A DNA stretch of 64,000 nt, taken from assembly GCA_016235455.1 (NCBI GenBank), contig JACRKZ010000029.1:1-64000 (forward strand). Direction: 5' to 3'. Below the pieces are notes generated by a model. That model did no database searches and had not been told where the DNA came from. It saw only the letters and a program-made list of their open reading frames with translations. This stretch comes from Armatimonadota bacterium (GTDB lineage Bacteria > Armatimonadota > UBA10988). A program made the translations under genes and the position numbers. Shown here piece by piece: positions 61,166 through 64,000 of the stretch (position 1 is the stretch's first letter; each line of letters starts with the position of its first letter).

Positions 61166-61229
61166 CGGTGGACCTTCCCAACCACCCCATCGTCTGCTAT
61201 GGTTCCAGGCTCACGAGGCGACCTGGACC

Positions 61230-64000
61230 ATGAGCGCAACCTGGCACGACACCTTCCTCCGACCCGGCCCCGAATGGCGTGGCAAGCCATTCTGGAGCTG
61301 GAACGGCGACCTGGACCGCGACGAACTGCTGCGGCAGATCCGCGTCATGCAGGCTATGGGCCTGGGCGGGTTCTTCATGCACTCGCGCACCGGCCTGGTC
61401 ACCGAGTATCTGGGCGACGACTGGTTCGAGCTGACCAACGCCTGCGCCGACGAAGCCGCCGCGCGCGGCATGGAGGCCTGGCTGTATGACGAGGACCGCT
61501 GGCCCAGCGGCACCGCCGGCGGGCTGGTCACCGAAGACCCGCGCCATCGCCTGCGCTTCGTCAGCCTGCGGCGCGACCCCGGCACGGTGTTTGAGTGGCA
61601 CGACGACCTGCTGGCCGCGTTCGCGCTGGATCTCGACGGCCTGCGCTACACCAACCTGCAGCGGCTGGGGCCGGACACGCCGCCCGAGGACTACCGCGAG
61701 CGCACGGTCATCACCTTCACCGTCGAGGAGGCCGAGCCGTCGAGCTTCTACAACGGCTACACGTATGTCGATACGCTCTCGGCCGAGGCCACGCAGCGCT
61801 ACCTGGAGCTGACGCACGAGCAGTATGCTCAGCGCTGCGGCGACCGGCTCGGCTCGTCCATCCGCGGCATCTTCACCGATGAGCCGCACCGTGGCGCGCT
61901 GATGTCGGGCTTCGGCATCAGCAACCACAACGGCCGCGCCATGGCGCCCTGGACCGCGCTGCTGCCGGCCGAGTTCGAGCAGCGCTTCGGCTACGACCTG
62001 GTCGACCGGCTGCCCGAGCTGTTCCTCCAGCCCGAGGGCTGCCCGACCACCGGCGGCGCAGCCGTCAGCCCCGTCAAGTGGCACTACTGCGAGCTGCTTC
62101 AGAGCCTGTTCCTGGCCAACTTCGCCAAGCCGCTGTACGACTGGTGCGAGCAACACGGCCTGCGGCTGACCGGCCATGTGCTGCACGAGGACAGCCTGAC
62201 CTGCCAGACCGCCATGCAGGGCTCACTGATGCGCTTCTACCAGTTCATGCACGATCCCGGCGTCGACGTCCTGACCGAGGGCAACCGCGCCTGGTGGATC
62301 GTCAAGCAGCTCAGCTCGGCCGCGCGCCAGCTCGGCCAGGAGTGGCTGCTCTCCGAACTGTACGGCTGCACCGGCTGGCAGATGAGCTTCGAGAGCCACA
62401 AGGCGGTCGGCGCCTGGCAGGCGCTGTTCGGCATCAACCTGCGCTGCCATCATCTGTCGTGGGTGACCATGGCCGGCGAGGCCAAGCGCGACTACCCGGC
62501 CAGCATCTTGCACCAGTCGGCCTGGTGGCGCGACTACGACTACGTCGAGAGCTGGTTCGCGCGGCTCGGCGTGGTGCTGTCCGCCGGCCATCCGGTGTGC
62601 GACACGCTGGTGCTCAACCCCGTGGAGAGCGTGTGGTGCCAGATCCATGTGGGCTGGGCCGACAGCCTGTCACCCACGGGACCAACGGTGCAGCACCTGG
62701 AGCAGGGGCACGCCGAGTTGTTCGGCATGATCGCCGGCGCGCAGATCGATTTCGACTACGGCGACGAGGCCATGCTGGCCGAACTGGGCTCGGTCGAGTG
62801 CATCGACGGCCCGCCGGTGCTGCGCCTTGGTCAGGCGGCGTACCGTCAGGTGGTGGTGCCCCGCGTGGTGACGCTGCGCGGCAGCACGATGGCGCTGCTG
62901 GAGTCGTTCCGCGCTGCCGGCGGCACCGTCATCTTCGTCGGCGAGCCACCGACCTTCGTCGACGCGGTGCCTTCGGTCCGCGCCCGGTTGCTGGCCAACA
63001 GGGCGATCACGGTGCCTTGGTCGGCCGATGCACTGCGTGGCGCGCTGCGTCCGGCGCTGGCGGTGCCGGTGGAGATCGTCGCTGACGACCAGCCCTGCGA
63101 GCAGGTCTTCGCCCAGGTGCGCCGCGATGGCGAGCAGATCATCCTCGTGGCAATCAACGTCGACCGCGAGCAGGCGGTGACCGCCACCGTGCGGCTGCGC
63201 GCCGACGGCGCCGTGACCGAACTGGACTGCACCGACGGCGCGGCCTATGCCCAGCCTGCCCGCCGCGAGGGCGAGTGGCTGTGCTGGGAGGCGGACTTCG
63301 CCGCGTCGGGCGAGCGTGTCTATGTCGTCGGCCCGCCGGCTCTGGCCGCGCCTCGGCCGTCGGTGTCCAGCGCGCCCGCTACGTCGCTGGCCGGGCCGTT
63401 CGCCTATCGGCTCGACGAGCCCAACGTGCTGGTGCTCGACCGGCCGCGCTGGCGGCTGGACGGCGGCGCGTGGCAACAGGCCGACGAAGTGCTGCGCGTC
63501 GACACCGCCGTGCGCGCCGCCTTCGACCTGCCCGCGCGTGGCGGCGAGATGGTGCAGCCGTGGTACCGCGCCAGATTCGGCGAGCCGGCCCGGCCGCTGG
63601 GCCGCGTGGAACTGGCCTACACCATCGAGGTCGAAGCCCTACCCGACGGCGAGGTGCATCTGGCCATCGAGCGACCCGACCTGTTCGAGGCCACGCTCAA
63701 CGGCATGCGGCTGGCGGCTGTGCCGGCGGTACCCAGCGTCGACGGCATCGAGTTGCCGGCCCACCACTGGGTCGATACGGCCTTCCACCGGCTGATCGTC
63801 CCTTTGGGAGCGCTCAGTCTGGGAACCAACGAGCTGGTCCTCGGCGTCACCTTTGATGATACGGTGAACCTGGAGGCGGCGTACCTGCTGGGCGGGTTCG
63901 GCGTGCAGGTCGACGGCCAACGCGCGGTCGTCACCCGGCTGCCCGCGGCGCTGTCGGTGGGCGACCTGACCAGCCAGGGCCTGCCGTTCTACGGCGGCAC
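61230..64000 (+). CDS. GH106-like glycoside hydrolase (alpha-L-rhamnosidase-like), truncated by the window edge
   Basis: Not in the ORF track because it has no stop in the window. MSATWHDTFLRPGPEWRGKPFWSWNG..GLGGFFMHSRTGL..WLYDEDRWPSG.AGG..GIFTDEP..TGHVLHE..PGVD..SELYG; extended -10 TGCTATGGT upstream. Confidence 0.85.
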   Translation, partial: MSATWHDTFLRPGPEWRGKPFWSWNGDLDRDELLRQIRVMQAMGLGGFFMHSRTGLVTEYLGDDWFELTNACADEAAARGMEAWLYDEDRWPSGTAGGLVTEDPRHRLRFVSLRRDPGTVFEWHDDLLAAFALDLDGLRYTNLQRLGPDTPPEDYRERTVITFTVEEAEPSSFYNGYTYVDTLSAEATQRYLELTHEQYAQRCGDRLGSSIRGIFTDEPHRGALMSGFGISNHNGRAMAPWTALLPAEFEQRFGYDLVDRLPELFLQPEGCPTTGGAAVSPVKWHYCELLQSLFLANFAKPLYDWCEQHGLRLTGHVLHEDSLTCQTAMQGSLMRFYQFMHDPGVDVLTEGNRAWWIVKQLSSAARQLGQEWLLSELYGCTGWQMSFESHKAVGAWQALFGINLRCHHLSWVTMAGEAKRDYPASILHQSAWWRDYDYVESWFARLGVVLSAGHPVCDTLVLNPVESVWCQIHVGWADSLSPTGPTVQHLEQGHAELFGMIAGAQIDFDYGDEAMLAELGSVECIDGPPVLRLGQAAYRQVVVPRVVTLRGSTMALLESFRAAGGTVIFVGEPPTFVDAVPSVRARLLANRAITVPWSADALRGALRPALAVPVEIVADDQPCEQVFAQVRRDGEQIILVAINVDREQAVTATVRLRADGAVTELDCTDGAAYAQPARREGEWLCWEADFAASGERVYVVGPPALAAPRPSVSSAPATSLAGPFAYRLDEPNVLVLDRPRWRLDGGAWQQADEVLRVDTAVRAAFDLPARGGEMVQPWYRARFGEPARPLGRVELAYTIEVEALPDGEVHLAIERPDLFEATLNGMRLAAVPAVPSVDGIELPAHHWVDTAFHRLIVPLGALSLGTNELVLGVTFDDTVNLEAAYLLGGFGVQVDGQRAVVTRLPAALSVGDLTSQGLPFYGG

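Overview
High-GC bacterial window with about 45 real CDSs and no rRNA, tRNA or CRISPR array. The gene content (four DUF1559/H-X9-DG prepilin-like genes, two DUF6785/6784-type membrane proteins, a fused SBP-permease) suggests Armatimonadota or a similar lineage; this is inference. Carbohydrate catabolism dominates: GH2, GH4, GH5-like, GH29-like, GH32, GH106-like, a pectate-lyase-like beta-helix, DUF4838, an L-Ara/L-Fuc isomerase, rhamnose mutarotase, a ManD-type dehydratase, a LacI regulator and sugar ABC permeases. It also holds an AlgI/AlgJ O-acetylation pair, a hybrid histidine kinase and a decayed IS4 transposase. Main observations: (1) a four-gene membrane operon encoding an SPFH-only protein, a His/Asp-rich NfeD-like protein, a flotillin and a minimal 2-TM ion channel with a non-canonical SVGYAD filter; (2) an unannotated secreted protein with the Zn-ligand pattern of phospholipase C/P1 nuclease, paired with a modular secreted partner; (3) a recurring (G/A)CAGG-N17-CGAA motif, sigma-H-like, correctly oriented upstream of about nine genes; (4) pseudopilin and DUF6785 genes embedded in glycan-utilisation loci; (5) two paralogues of an unnamed membrane-protein family. 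Family assignments come from motif recognition by eye; no database search was run.
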